Position numbers and translations under genes: made by a program
From: Isurus oxyrinchus
Taxonomy: Eukaryota
NCBI GenBank assembly: GCA_026770705.1
Contig: JANJGN010000034.1
Coordinates: 5,952,001-6,016,000 of the forward strand
Direction: 5' to 3'
Length of the DNA: 64,000 nucleotides
Notes under the pieces: model-generated
The model's input: only the letters and a program-made list of their open reading frames with translations
Told to the model about the DNA's origin: nothing
Databases searched by the model: none
Part shown: one piece after another, positions 53,401 through 61,047 of the stretch
Position numbering within the stretch: position 1 is the first letter of the stretch
Layout: each line of letters opens with the position of its first letter

Positions 53401-56400
53401 ACAATGTTGTGTTGTGTGCACATTTATGCACGCATCAGTATGCTTGATATAGCAACAGTTAAAATTTCAATCCACCTACAATCTTGTGCCTTATATAAAA
53501 CGTCAACTGTTTCAATGATTCCACAATCCTCCTGTTATCGTCATGCCTTGACAGAAACAAAGCTAGAAGGCAAAGAAAAAGGTAGGCAGTTAAAGGATTC
53601 GCTGTTTTAAAAGGCAGACATTAAAGATTGAGGAACATACCTATGCGTCTTTTGTTTCTTGATTAACTTGTCCAAAATAGCATTTATCATTAATAATCAG
53701 AAGATCGGCTGAATTTGGTAACGGGCTATAAAGGGAGAAAATCTTTCAGCTTGAGGTCTCAGCCAAAATGAAGAGCCAGTAAGACAAGAGTTGAACATTA
53801 ATACAAAACTAACACTCAGGAGGAAAGAGTTAATCCATTAAACGATTAGAATGTGGAATTCGCTGCTGCATGATCCTTGCTTGTACCGAATTTCGTTGCA
53901 TTTTTTTAAGGTGGAGGACACCAAGATCTCACGGAAGTTCAATTGACGTGACTCTCATGGAGTAAATATCGTGTCGTCCACAAGAAAATTTTGGTTCAGC
54001 TTTGTCAACTCCAGATGAATGGATCATGTGCATTGTTAACCAAGCTTAACTCGTGCTTGCAGTCTGGCTTAATGTCTATCACTTCCAATATATGGTGTAG
54101 CCTTCCCTTGAGGACATGTTCGGGCTTTGGCTCCTCACTTCGGAAGGATACATGTTCAGCTCTAAATATCCAGACTGTGTTCCCTCAGGCTGTTTGCACT
54201 CGTTTCAGGGGCAAGTGTGACTGAAATTTCGAGTTGTGCTTTCTCTGTCAGCCAACAAGCTGAATGAAGTGTGAGCTTTAAGGAATGCTGTGTAGCAAAC
54301 GCGGCACAGTTCATGCACTAAATAACAAATCCGACTGATCACTCTTAGCAGAATATTAAAGTGGAATATCTCAAATCTGCATATAGAGGCTATGTAAACA
54401 ACATATACACACACAAAAACATTTTGCCTAATTAAACAAAGGTGCTACGAATTACGCCGAAACAGTTCTAGGTTAACACAAAGTTTAATTTCTCCAACAA
54501 AGAAAATTCACGAATGAAACCATGCCAATACCTTTTGTAAAACGGAGACATTTGTCACCAATAAAATGCGGTTAGTGGAGGAGAGTCCAATAATTCTAGC
54601 TGCATTCCCCTACTCAAGCTCAGTCTCTGACAGCAGTTTAGGTTCCAGACCCGATTGTTAAGAGAATTACTGGGCCAGTTTGATTCCTGTCGGGGAATGG
54701 CGGTATAGAAAATGAAAGTCTTCTGTAATCTGGAGGAGGAAATGTAACTGATAACCTTGACAAATGCCATGATCTTTATAAACCAGTTGCTCTCTTTCTG
54801 TCTCAGAATTGAATGACATTCTGAAGAAGTGCAGTGAGTATTCCAAGAGCCGACAGCCAGTAAGGTGTAAATTTCCCGATTGATTATAAAGCCTGTACTG
54901 CGGAAAGAACTAATCCGTGGACGAAACATGTGCCTTGGGGGACGACATATATTCGAGTGACGGCATTAAAGCACATCCCCAAGGCACGAGGAGAAAATGT
55001 CTGAAAGGAAAGTGCGGTGTTACATTCTTCCCTAAAGATGCACTGAATGTTTTGTCCTCGCAGATTCTAGCTTTTTTGCTGTGACTCAGGAGACAGAACT
55101 TCCAACTTGTGGTCAGAAGGTTGCGAATACAAGTCCAGAATCAAAAGTTGAGCACACGCGCAAATGCTGACATGTCAGTACAGCCCTCAGGCAGCAATGC
55201 ACTGCAGGATGTTCAGCCGTTTAGTCCATAAAACGAGGCGAGGTCTGCCCTCGAACTTGGATGTAAATGACCCCATGCCACATTTGACAGAAACGAAGGG
55301 AAGTTTCAACCGATGTCCTGGTGAATAATTACCCCTGAAATAAACTTCACATCACAAGGGTGTTTCGGTTGTGTTGTGATCCCTGGTGACTCGGGCAGAA
55401 CAAGTATCTTTGCCGAAACAGTTCAGTCAGAGTGATCATTATATCACCAGCTTTAGGGTGGCAGAGGAATCATACGGACTATTGACAGATGATGCCTAAC
55501 ACAGAAAATTGCGATCACATCATTTTGGTGGGAAGGATGAGGCGAGGCAATGGGAGAGAAAGTCTCAAAATCTAAATGGGTTTCACAGTATTTACCCCTG
55601 GATGTCAATGAGCACAATTTGCTCAGGGTGACAAGGCAGGTTGGATGGGGGGTTAAAAAATGTAAACCTGTCCCTAAATTTAATAAAGACGGTCATATAG
55701 CACAAATACATGTAGGTTACAATAAATGTATAAAATACTGGGCGGGCCTCAACTCGAGAATTGTTTCCAATTCGGGGCAACATTCTTGAGGAAACGGTGT
55801 AGGCGTTATTGAGCGTGCAAAAGTATTTTTTAATATTAATTCCAGGAATGAGGAGGTTCACTTACGTAGGTAGTTTGCACAGGTGTTCTTAACCTTGGTG
55901 ATCAGAATATTAACGAATTATCTGATAGAGGTGAACATAATCATTAGGATCCAGGCGAGAGTAAACATGGGAGAGTTGCTCCGTTGGCACGAACGGTCGA
56001 AAAGCAGTATAGACCGAGTTAAGTTAATTTACATCATAAATAGGGGTGCCATGAGAGAGACATTTACTTTTCCAGCGAGAGCTTAACATTTGGAATACAC
56101 TGCTAATGATGTCGTGGAGGAATGTTCTATAGACGTTTTCAACAGAGCATTAAATTATTATATCAAGAAGAGAGTTACTTCGGATGAGTGTTACTTGGAA
56201 CAGCGGGACAGTGGCATGAAATAAAATTAATAGAGAGATCTGGCACCAGCTCGCCGTGGATGGTCTCTCTCTCTCTCTCTATCTGTCTGATCCCCTCTCT
56301 TCCTCTCTCTCTCTCTTTCTCCCTCACTATATGTTATATAGCTGATTAGATAGAAAATGAGACACATGTATAGATAGTTAGATTGATAGTTACAGAAATA

Positions 56401-59400
56401 GATAGATAGATATAAAGATTGATAGATTTATAAATAGATGGAAAGATAGATAGTTAGATAGATAGATAGGTAGATATTTAGATAGAATAATAGTTGATAG
56501 ATTGATAGACAAATAGATAGATAGCAGTTGGGCCTGACAGTATAGGACAATTCTTGAACATTCCTGAATGACACAAGGCATGGTGGTGCCGTAAACAATC
56601 AGTTTTATAGCAATCAATGGCAGCATGACCTAAATAGTCGAGCAGCATAGGCATAAAGTGGCGGATCGAATTTAATGCACATAACTCAGAAGAGATGCAT
56701 TGTGGCAAAACCAATAGAAGAGGGCAAATACCCTTACTGAAACGACCCTTTAGTGTGCAACGAGATAGATAAGGAGCAGAATCTTTTTAAAGTCGTCTGG
56801 AAGTATTATAAGTGTAGCCAGCAAGTTATTCGGATTATTGGGCCTAATATGTGGAGATATTCAGCACAAAAGTAGAAAAGTGTGCATAACCTTTTGAAAC
56901 TCTGGTTATGCAACAGTTAACATTGTTGCTTCCATTTATCAACATATATTCGGAAACAGCGACTGATCATGAAGAGTTTGCTGAAGCAATTGCCAGAATG
57001 GTTGCATTGATGTACTTTGGAAAAATCACTGTTTGTAAAATCAGCAATATATTTGCAATTCCTTTTGCATTTTGTATGGGGAACGGTATTTGCCTGTTAA
57101 TGCGATCAAGCCAATAGTGCTCTGATTGATTTCTTCTGAAAATTTTCTTTTGTCAGGCTGCATTTAATTTCCATGCCCAGTTATGAAATCCAAATTGAAA
57201 AACAATAACAATAACTCAAAGCATGCAGTTACATTTTGCTGTCCATATATCTCTGACAGACTTTTCATGCAGTGCGGCAGAGCATTACTATTTGGCAGTT
57301 TGCTTAAACCATACATCGATTACATAATTTGCTTCTCCCGTTGCTGATTTTGGATCATACTTAGATATCGATGTTGGTTCCGGTTTCAAGATTATGGGCA
57401 CACGTAACAAAACAGAGGTCCCAGAGAAGACATGGAAACAGGATATTAGAACCGAGCGATATACATTTTATGAAAGATTGGCATGGCCATCTAGAAAACT
57501 GAAGTCTTAATTGTGACCTGACAGGAGTCGTTACAATTATGCAAGGTTTTTCTGATGGAGTCCAGAACTTGAGCCTCTAATTGAAATTAAGTCACTAAGC
57601 ATTTTTGGGAAATGCAGAGGATATATCCAGCACAGGATATTTATAATGCGGAATCAGTACTGCAACGTGCACTAATGTAAATGCCAAATTTACATATAAT
57701 GGCAATTGTCCGAGAGAGGAAGCTGTTGAACCACATTCTGATTGGGTTAGTTGCAGCTAGTCGCAGGGGCTCGTGTGGATATAAGAACAGCTGCAGCGAC
57801 TGGATGGGATGAAGCCCTGATTTCATGCTATAAAATGGATTTAAGTCTAAGAAACAATAAACAGGAGATTTCAACAAAACTAGGCCAACCATATAAAATG
57901 AGGCAGGAGCTATTTGAAGGTCCCCTATTGGAAAGACATTTGCCAAAATCCACCGCAACAATGATTGGACCTAGTGCGCTAAAAGTCATAACACTTAATA
58001 CGAATTTAATTGCTTAGTTTTACTGAAACACGGGATCTAAAATCCGCATTGGAATAATGGCTTAAATTGACAACCAATCTAAGATCGAACATTCCTACTC
58101 CCTACAAACTTGAGCAGAAAGATTTATTCTGAGACCCCAGTGCACCAGCGGCAGAGGACTGCACTGATAGAATTGAAGCATTTTAATGGACACCTTTATC
58201 TTTGTCACTGTCTGTCCTGTGAATTGGCGTTTTTTTTTCTTAGTTCGTTCCTATGGTTCTGCTGGGGGAGTAAGGGAAGCTAACAAAGTTGCGCTGTCCA
58301 AAATTTAATCCTGCATCAATGTCAAAAAAATGGTGACAACGCTTCATCTTATTATCCACTTTGGGACTCTATGGTGTGCAAACTGGTTGCAATTTGTTCC
58401 GCATTACTGCATTACTACTGAAGAATTACATTGGCTTCAAAGATTTTATGGAAGCCTTAAATTCATGATAGGTGCTGTTGAAACAAAAGTTTTGTTTTTC
58501 TCTCTTGCAGAAGGAGATCTCGGGGACAAAGATTCAGGTTAGCAACATAGTGTATTCTGCTATACCCTTGTCGTGCCAATGTTGGCTCAGCCTGTAATGC
58601 TCTCAATATGAGCTTGGATCTCGTGACTTCAAATGTAAGTCGAAATCCTGATCACTAGGACTTCGCTGACACTGTTGATCACCAATAGTATAAGAGTGCC
58701 AACCTGCCTCGTGTGTCATCTCTAAGGCGAGATGTTAAAAGAAGATAATATTTCCCCAAACACCAAGGCATATTTTGATAAACATTTAAGGGTTGCATCC
58801 CATGTATTGGTATGACTGACAATCAAATCAACAGTGATTCATACAGAAATGATGTTTACTGTTCAATTTATATTGGTGGGAACTGATGTTTCATTTCACA
58901 CTTGAAAGCAACAGGTACAATTCTCATGAGACCAGTATGGGAGGAAAATGTATTTGACATTTTTTGAATTCATGGATGAAATGATACAAATCAAGGCCCT
59001 TCATTGTTCAGTTTCTGAAGATATGCCAATGAATCTGTTTGAGCTGGATTTGTTCCGGCAGCAGTGAATGCTGTAATGACCTTTTTTTTTAGAAATCTAA
59101 ATGAAAGTGACTGATAAAATGTTCCTATGCTCATTTTCAGAAATAAATGATCTGCAGACTAAACTTCAAAAATGCGGTGTGTAAATATTTAAAATTCAGA
59201 AAATCGGTGAGCTAAGAGGAAAAGAATTAGATTTTTACGTGGAAATTATAGAACTGAACTCCCAGCAATGTAAAGCTTCTGACTGCCCGCGACCCTAAAT
59301 TGAATGAAGTGCTTCTGGAAAAGTGAGTGACTAAGTAAGTGCCGGCAGGATTTCAGCATGCAGATCTTTAGCAGCCTCCTGAAATTCTGGTCACATTTCA

Positions 59401-61047
59401 ATGATTATCAGTCGTAAAATAAGAGCTCGATCGGTCAGATTAGGAATAAGTAAGATTAGGTACAGTTTTTGCCGTGTGTTGTTTCGTTCGGCCACAACAA
59501 TTAAGCGGTTGTGCCGAGTTTGGCTAGAGGTATGTTCGGATTTGTCAGCTCTCTACACGTGTATCTCCAGGTAAGCACCACTCTGGGTGTGACCAGCTAT
59601 GAATGGGATCCGTTCTGAGTGAGGTAGGCTTCTGGAGGCTGAGTTCAGCTGAGCTGGTGGAGGGAGAAGTTCGGTCTGTGTATGGTCGTCTCTGGCTGAA
59701 TTGGGAACTGGGCGAGTTTGGCTATGCTTGAGCCAGCTTCTCGGCGTGATCCACGATGATTCATATCCTGTATTTATATTGTAAATTATAGTTGCTAGCC
59801 TTTATGTGTAAAACCGCGTATCAGCAAGTTCCAATGCAGCTGAGCATGAGGAAGCATGACATTGGACTTACTCTATGGAATCAACTTAGAGATCCAGTAT
59901 GATCAGGCTTCAAAGCTTGAGTCAGCTATGCTTAATTTTGTGTATCTTTGAGATCTAGTCTTTTAGTGTGCAACATCTATTGGTGCAGAATGCCATAGGA
60001 AGCATAATTTTTGTGTGAGGCATAATTTGAGTGAGGTCAAGAATAAGCAATATGGATAAGTATGAGCTGATATAAATTAGATCAGATAGTGTTGAGTTGG
60101 AGAAGAAGCAGGTTCAGCTAGGGATAATGTATGGTATAGATGCTGTCAAAACAATGAGAATAACGGTTATGTGAAATCAACTTTTCCTGTGATATGGTGT
60201 CAGAGAATTTTGTAACAGTCGAAGTTCGAAATGGGTACCTTTGAGTATAGAGGGTATCACTTTTGTTTCAGGATGGAGAAAAGGAATTGGGCATTGATAA
60301 TTTATTCAATGTTCGAGGTGGGTAAGACTCAGTTTTACAATCATTACATCGCATATGGGATTGAGATCTGGTTGGAGTTACAAACAGTTTGGTTGGTGTT
60401 AGGCACGAGTGAGAGACAGTCTTTTTTAGTGTATGATTGGACCTGTGTGTGACCAGGATGGGCAGAGGACATATATTAATGTAAATTCACCTGGAAATAT
60501 TCAGTAGATCGAAGCCATATTTCTGGAGCAAACTGGTGCAGTTTCAGGTCGATGAGCCTTTTCAGCTTGCAGAAATGGTCACATGGTATTTTTTTTTAAT
60601 GCATAGTGGTTTTATAGCTAGTATGTATGGTTATCCACCAAAATAAAAGCAGGTTATCTGGCCTTTGCAACATTGCGTATTTGTGGGTGGTGCTAGGGGA
60701 CGGTGGGCGGGTTGGCCGGTAGGGTGAGGTGGTGGCTAATTGGCTGCTGCATCTCATACCTTACGAGTGTGGTTAGGATTAAAATGTTTCTCTTTCAGAA
60801 AGGGTGTGGAATGGCTGTGGTTGTGATATCAATGAACAAGTACAATGCTCTACTTAAATTAATACTTGCACACTATGATAATGAAAACGGCGACATGCTT
60901 GCAGCATTGCAGTTAAGGACCAGCTTAGCTACATCCAATGGTCACTAAACAAAAAATTCCAACATGGGAGGGGCTTCAATTATTTCAGAATCAGTGATTT
61001 TATCTTTCACCCTTCGACAGAAGAGAACCTAAAAACGATAGAAAAAG
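5464..61047 (+). CDS. Partial multi-exon gene: 31 phase-1 microexons (15/27/36 nt) encoding a long cysteine-containing coiled coil with a 130-aa repeat; both ends lie outside the window
   Basis: Every exon is flanked by AG (usually after a pyrimidine tract) and GT, and is a multiple of 3 in length. Exons recur at homologous positions in the duplication units. The joined 870 nt has no stop and shows 3-4 hydrophobic periodicity. Confidence 0.88.
5525..5955 (+). mobile_element. Decayed DeuSINE-like SINE; homologues ~32715-33140 and ~58575-59005
   Basis: tRNA-like head tggctcagcc...ttcaaat, core ggctgacactgc, tail atataaatcaaagcccttc. Confidence 0.5.
6094..6129 (+). CDS. Microexon B1, 36 nt (EINDLQTKLQKC)
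   Basis: ctcattttcag|AAATAAATGATCTCCAGACTAAACTTCAAAAATGCG|gtaggt; 35/36 identical to both other copies. Confidence 0.9.
7973..7999 (+). CDS. Microexon C1, 27 nt (EENLKAIEK)
   Basis: ctttcacccgtcgacag|AAGAGAACCTAAAAGCGATAGAGAAAG|gtactg. Confidence 0.85.
10180..10990 (-). mobile_element. Decayed CR1 LINE 3' fragment; homologues ~37290-38120 and ~62670-63460
   Basis: Minus-strand fragments YYLNGERLQNSE...GFLVHETQ (10639..10842) and LSYVERLDRLVLYSLGFRRVRGEFI (37437..37694), typical of the CR1 ORF2 C-terminus. Confidence 0.8.
12540..14230 (+). mobile_element. Decayed CR1 LINE ORF2 fragments; homologue ~39600-42010
   Basis: RT motif remnant GSPQGYLLSPLIFNILFNDFDCGVRKSISKYVA (13655..13870), matching CR1 GVPQGSVLGPLLF..INDLD.G....ISKFADD. 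Confidence 0.8.
14702..14728 (+). CDS. Microexon D1, 27 nt (ELYDLQQKC)
   Basis: tttacttttccttag|AGCTCTATGACCTTCAGCAAAAGTGCA|gtaagt. Confidence 0.9.
16177..16203 (+). CDS. Microexon E1, 27 nt (KADLDQKDE)
   Basis: aactcttgcag|AAGCTGATCTCGACCAAAAAGATGAGG|gtaaag. Confidence 0.85.
16330..16740 (+). mobile_element. Decayed DeuSINE-like SINE; homologue ~43860-44270
   Basis: gaggttg...ctagttc head remnant; tttgggagctcgctctgtgtaaaat central motif; gtcctgagaatgtgacaggc tail. Confidence 0.45.
16889..16915 (+). CDS. Microexon F1, 27 nt (EFGKKIGEL)
   Basis: tttcttttacaaaaatgcaag|AATTCGGCAAGAAAATTGGAGAATTAG|gtgagt; weak AAG acceptor but strong donor; conserved in unit 2. Confidence 0.78.
   Translation, partial: NSARKLEN
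17830..17965. mobile_element. Older Penelope-like terminal fragment (homologue ~45360-45500)
   Basis: gaaaatgctggtaaaacgtagctggtctgggagcatctgtg resembles the arm at 29390-29440. Confidence 0.6.
18478..18492 (+). CDS. Microexon G1, 15 nt (ENVKK)
   Basis: tttcctttaccgattcacag|AAAATGTAAAGAAAG|gtatgt. Confidence 0.85.
19081..19116 (+). CDS. Microexon H1, 36 nt (ELDSCQDTVKDL)
   Basis: ttccctccaccttgcag|AGCTAGACTCCTGCCAAGATACCGTAAAAGATTTAG|gtgagc. Confidence 0.9.
20077..20091 (+). CDS. Microexon I1, 15 nt (DKFKK)
   Basis: ttgatttgtttcatag|ATAAATTTAAAAAAG|gtaagt. Confidence 0.87.
20100..21510 (+). mobile_element. Decayed RTE-clade LINE 3' part; homologue ~47650-49060
   Basis: HPKQLLLSKISEDGLTRGGQRAILRDVLKSNMKK (21072..21305) resembles the RTE C-terminal LPKQLLYGEL..G.R.RGGQ.KR..D.LK motif. 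Confidence 0.7.
21870..22750 (-). mobile_element. Decayed CR1-type LINE 3' fragment; homologue ~49400-50290
   Basis: Minus-strand remnants resembling the CR1 3' region (LKVDLMG...; RVIRF.NA...); many stops. Confidence 0.55.
22890..22925 (+). CDS. Microexon J1, 36 nt (ELSDCQQAVKDL)
   Basis: gaatttcag|AGCTAAGCGACTGTCAACAAGCTGTTAAAGACCTAG|gtgagc; paralogous to exon H. Confidence 0.88.
23353..23379 (+). CDS. Microexon K1, 27 nt (EEKLNSKDK)
   Basis: aatcccaaacag|AAGAAAAACTCAACTCAAAAGACAAAG|gtacct. Confidence 0.82.
24988..25023 (+). CDS. Microexon L1, 36 nt (EIIKCQESLKDS)
   Basis: tctcaccattttag|AGATTATAAAGTGCCAAGAGTCTTTAAAGGATTCAG|gtggga. Confidence 0.87.
26005..26031 (+). CDS. Microexon M1, 27 nt (ETKLKGKEK)
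   Basis: catgccttgacag|AAACAAAGCTGAAAGGCAAAGAAAAAG|gtagcc. Confidence 0.82.
27251..27277 (+). CDS. Microexon N1, 27 nt (ELNDIALKC)
   Basis: ttatttctgtcttag|AATTGAATGACATTGCGCTGAAGTGCA|gtgagt. Confidence 0.9.
27515..27790 (+). mobile_element. tRNA-derived DeuSINE-like SINE 5' part; homologue ~55075-55350
   Basis: gtgactcagtag (A-box-like), gtcagaaggttgcgaattcaagtc (B-box-like), ttgagcaca...gctgacac...gtctgccctc...ggacgtaaatgaccc. Confidence 0.65.
27800..28660 (+). mobile_element. Decayed CR1 LINE 3' fragment; homologue ~55360-56230
   Basis: gcctcaactagagaattgtttccaattctg (RPQLEYC.QFW-like) and downstream CR1 3' motifs. Confidence 0.65.
28678..31046 (+). mobile_element. Duplicated copy of the same LINE, 5'-truncated and interrupted by a Penelope-like insertion
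   Basis: ORF fragments AQFGFRQ (29860) and VPQGGVLGPIILSCF (30151); colinear with 1769-3862. Confidence 0.82.
29382..29632. mobile_element. Penelope-like pseudo-LTR inverted pair (about 99-bp arms) with target-site duplication
   Basis: Arms 29383-29481 and 29495-29593 are near-perfect reverse complements around a 13-nt spacer; flanked by ctggattcagcaaa (29368-29381) and ctggatttaccaaa (29633-29646); absent at the homologous site ~2480. Confidence 0.75.
32651..32677 (+). CDS. Microexon A2, 27 nt (KGDLWDKDS)
   Basis: tttttctctcttgcag|AAGGAGATCTTTGGGACAAAGATTCAG|gtaaac. Confidence 0.87.
33279..33314 (+). CDS. Microexon B2, 36 nt (EINDLQTKLQKC)
   Basis: ctacattgtcag|AAATAAATGATCTCCAGACTAAACTTCAAAAATGCC|gtgagt. 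Confidence 0.9.
35157..35183 (+). CDS. Microexon C2, 27 nt (QENLKAVEK)
   Basis: tttcacccttcaacag|AAGAGAACCTAAAAGCGGTAGAAAAAG|gtactg. Confidence 0.85.
42483..42509 (+). CDS. Microexon D2, 27 nt (ELYDQQQKF)
   Basis: ctacttttccttag|AGCTCTATGACCAACAGCAAAAGTTCA|gtaagt. Confidence 0.88.
43720..43746 (+). CDS. Microexon E2, 27 nt (KADLDQKDA)
   Basis: aactcttgcag|AAGCTGATCTTGACCAAAAAGATGCGG|gtaatg. Confidence 0.85.
44418..44444 (+). CDS. Microexon F2, 27 nt (EFDKKIGEL)
   Basis: acaaaaatgcaag|AATTCGACAAGAAAATTGGAGAATTAG|gtgagt. Confidence 0.78.
   Translation, partial: NSTRKLEN
46003..46017 (+). CDS. Microexon G2, 15 nt (ENAKK)
   Basis: tttactgattcacag|AAAATGCAAAGAAGG|gtaagt. Confidence 0.85.
46628..46663 (+). 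CDS. Microexon H2, 36 nt (ELGTCQDSVKDL)
   Basis: tctctccaccttgcag|AGCTAGGCACCTGCCAAGATTCCGTAAAGGATTTAG|gtgagc. Confidence 0.9.
47626..47640 (+). CDS. Microexon I2, 15 nt (DKLIK)
   Basis: gatttttttcacag|ATAAATTAATAAAAG|gtatgt. Confidence 0.87.
50430..50465 (+). CDS. Microexon J2, 36 nt (ELSECQQAVKDG)
   Basis: gaattacag|AGCTAAGCGAGTGTCAACAAGCTGTAAAAGACGGAG|gtgagc. Confidence 0.86.
50883..50909 (+). CDS. Microexon K2, 27 nt (EEKLNAKDK)
   Basis: catcctgaatag|AAGAAAAACTCAACGCAAAAGATAAAG|gtacct. Confidence 0.82.
52536..52571 (+). CDS. Microexon L2, 36 nt (EILKCQESLKDS)
   Basis: tctcaccattttag|AGATTCTAAAGTGCCAAGAGTCTTTAAAAGATTCAG|gtggga. Confidence 0.87.
53555..53581 (+). CDS. Microexon M2, 27 nt (ETKLEGKEK)
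   Basis: catgccttgacag|AAACAAAGCTAGAAGGCAAAGAAAAAG|gtaggc. Confidence 0.85.
54807..54833 (+). CDS. Microexon N2, 27 nt (ELNDILKKC)
   Basis: ctctttctgtctcag|AATTGAATGACATTCTGAAGAAGTGCA|gtgagt. Confidence 0.9.
56263..56525. repeat. (TC)n followed by imperfect (GATA)n microsatellite
   Basis: tctctctctctctctct... then tagatagataga... arrays read directly. Confidence 0.95.
58511..58537 (+). CDS. Microexon A3, 27 nt (KGDLGDKDS)
   Basis: tttttctctcttgcag|AAGGAGATCTCGGGGACAAAGATTCAG|gttagc. Confidence 0.83.
59141..59176 (+). CDS. Microexon B3, 36 nt (EINDLQTKLQKC)
   Basis: ctcattttcag|AAATAAATGATCTGCAGACTAAACTTCAAAAATGCG|gtgtgt; its only difference from B1 is synonymous. Confidence 0.87.
61021..61047 (+). 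CDS. Microexon C3, 27 nt (EENLKTIEK)
   Basis: tttcacccttcgacag|AAGAGAACCTAAAAACGATAGAAAAAG|gtactg. Confidence 0.85.

Larger units (their letters stand above)
28678..56545 (+). repeat. Tandem intragenic duplication, unit 2
   Basis: Same order of exons and repeat remnants as unit 1 at an offset of ~27.2-27.8 kb. Confidence 0.93.
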
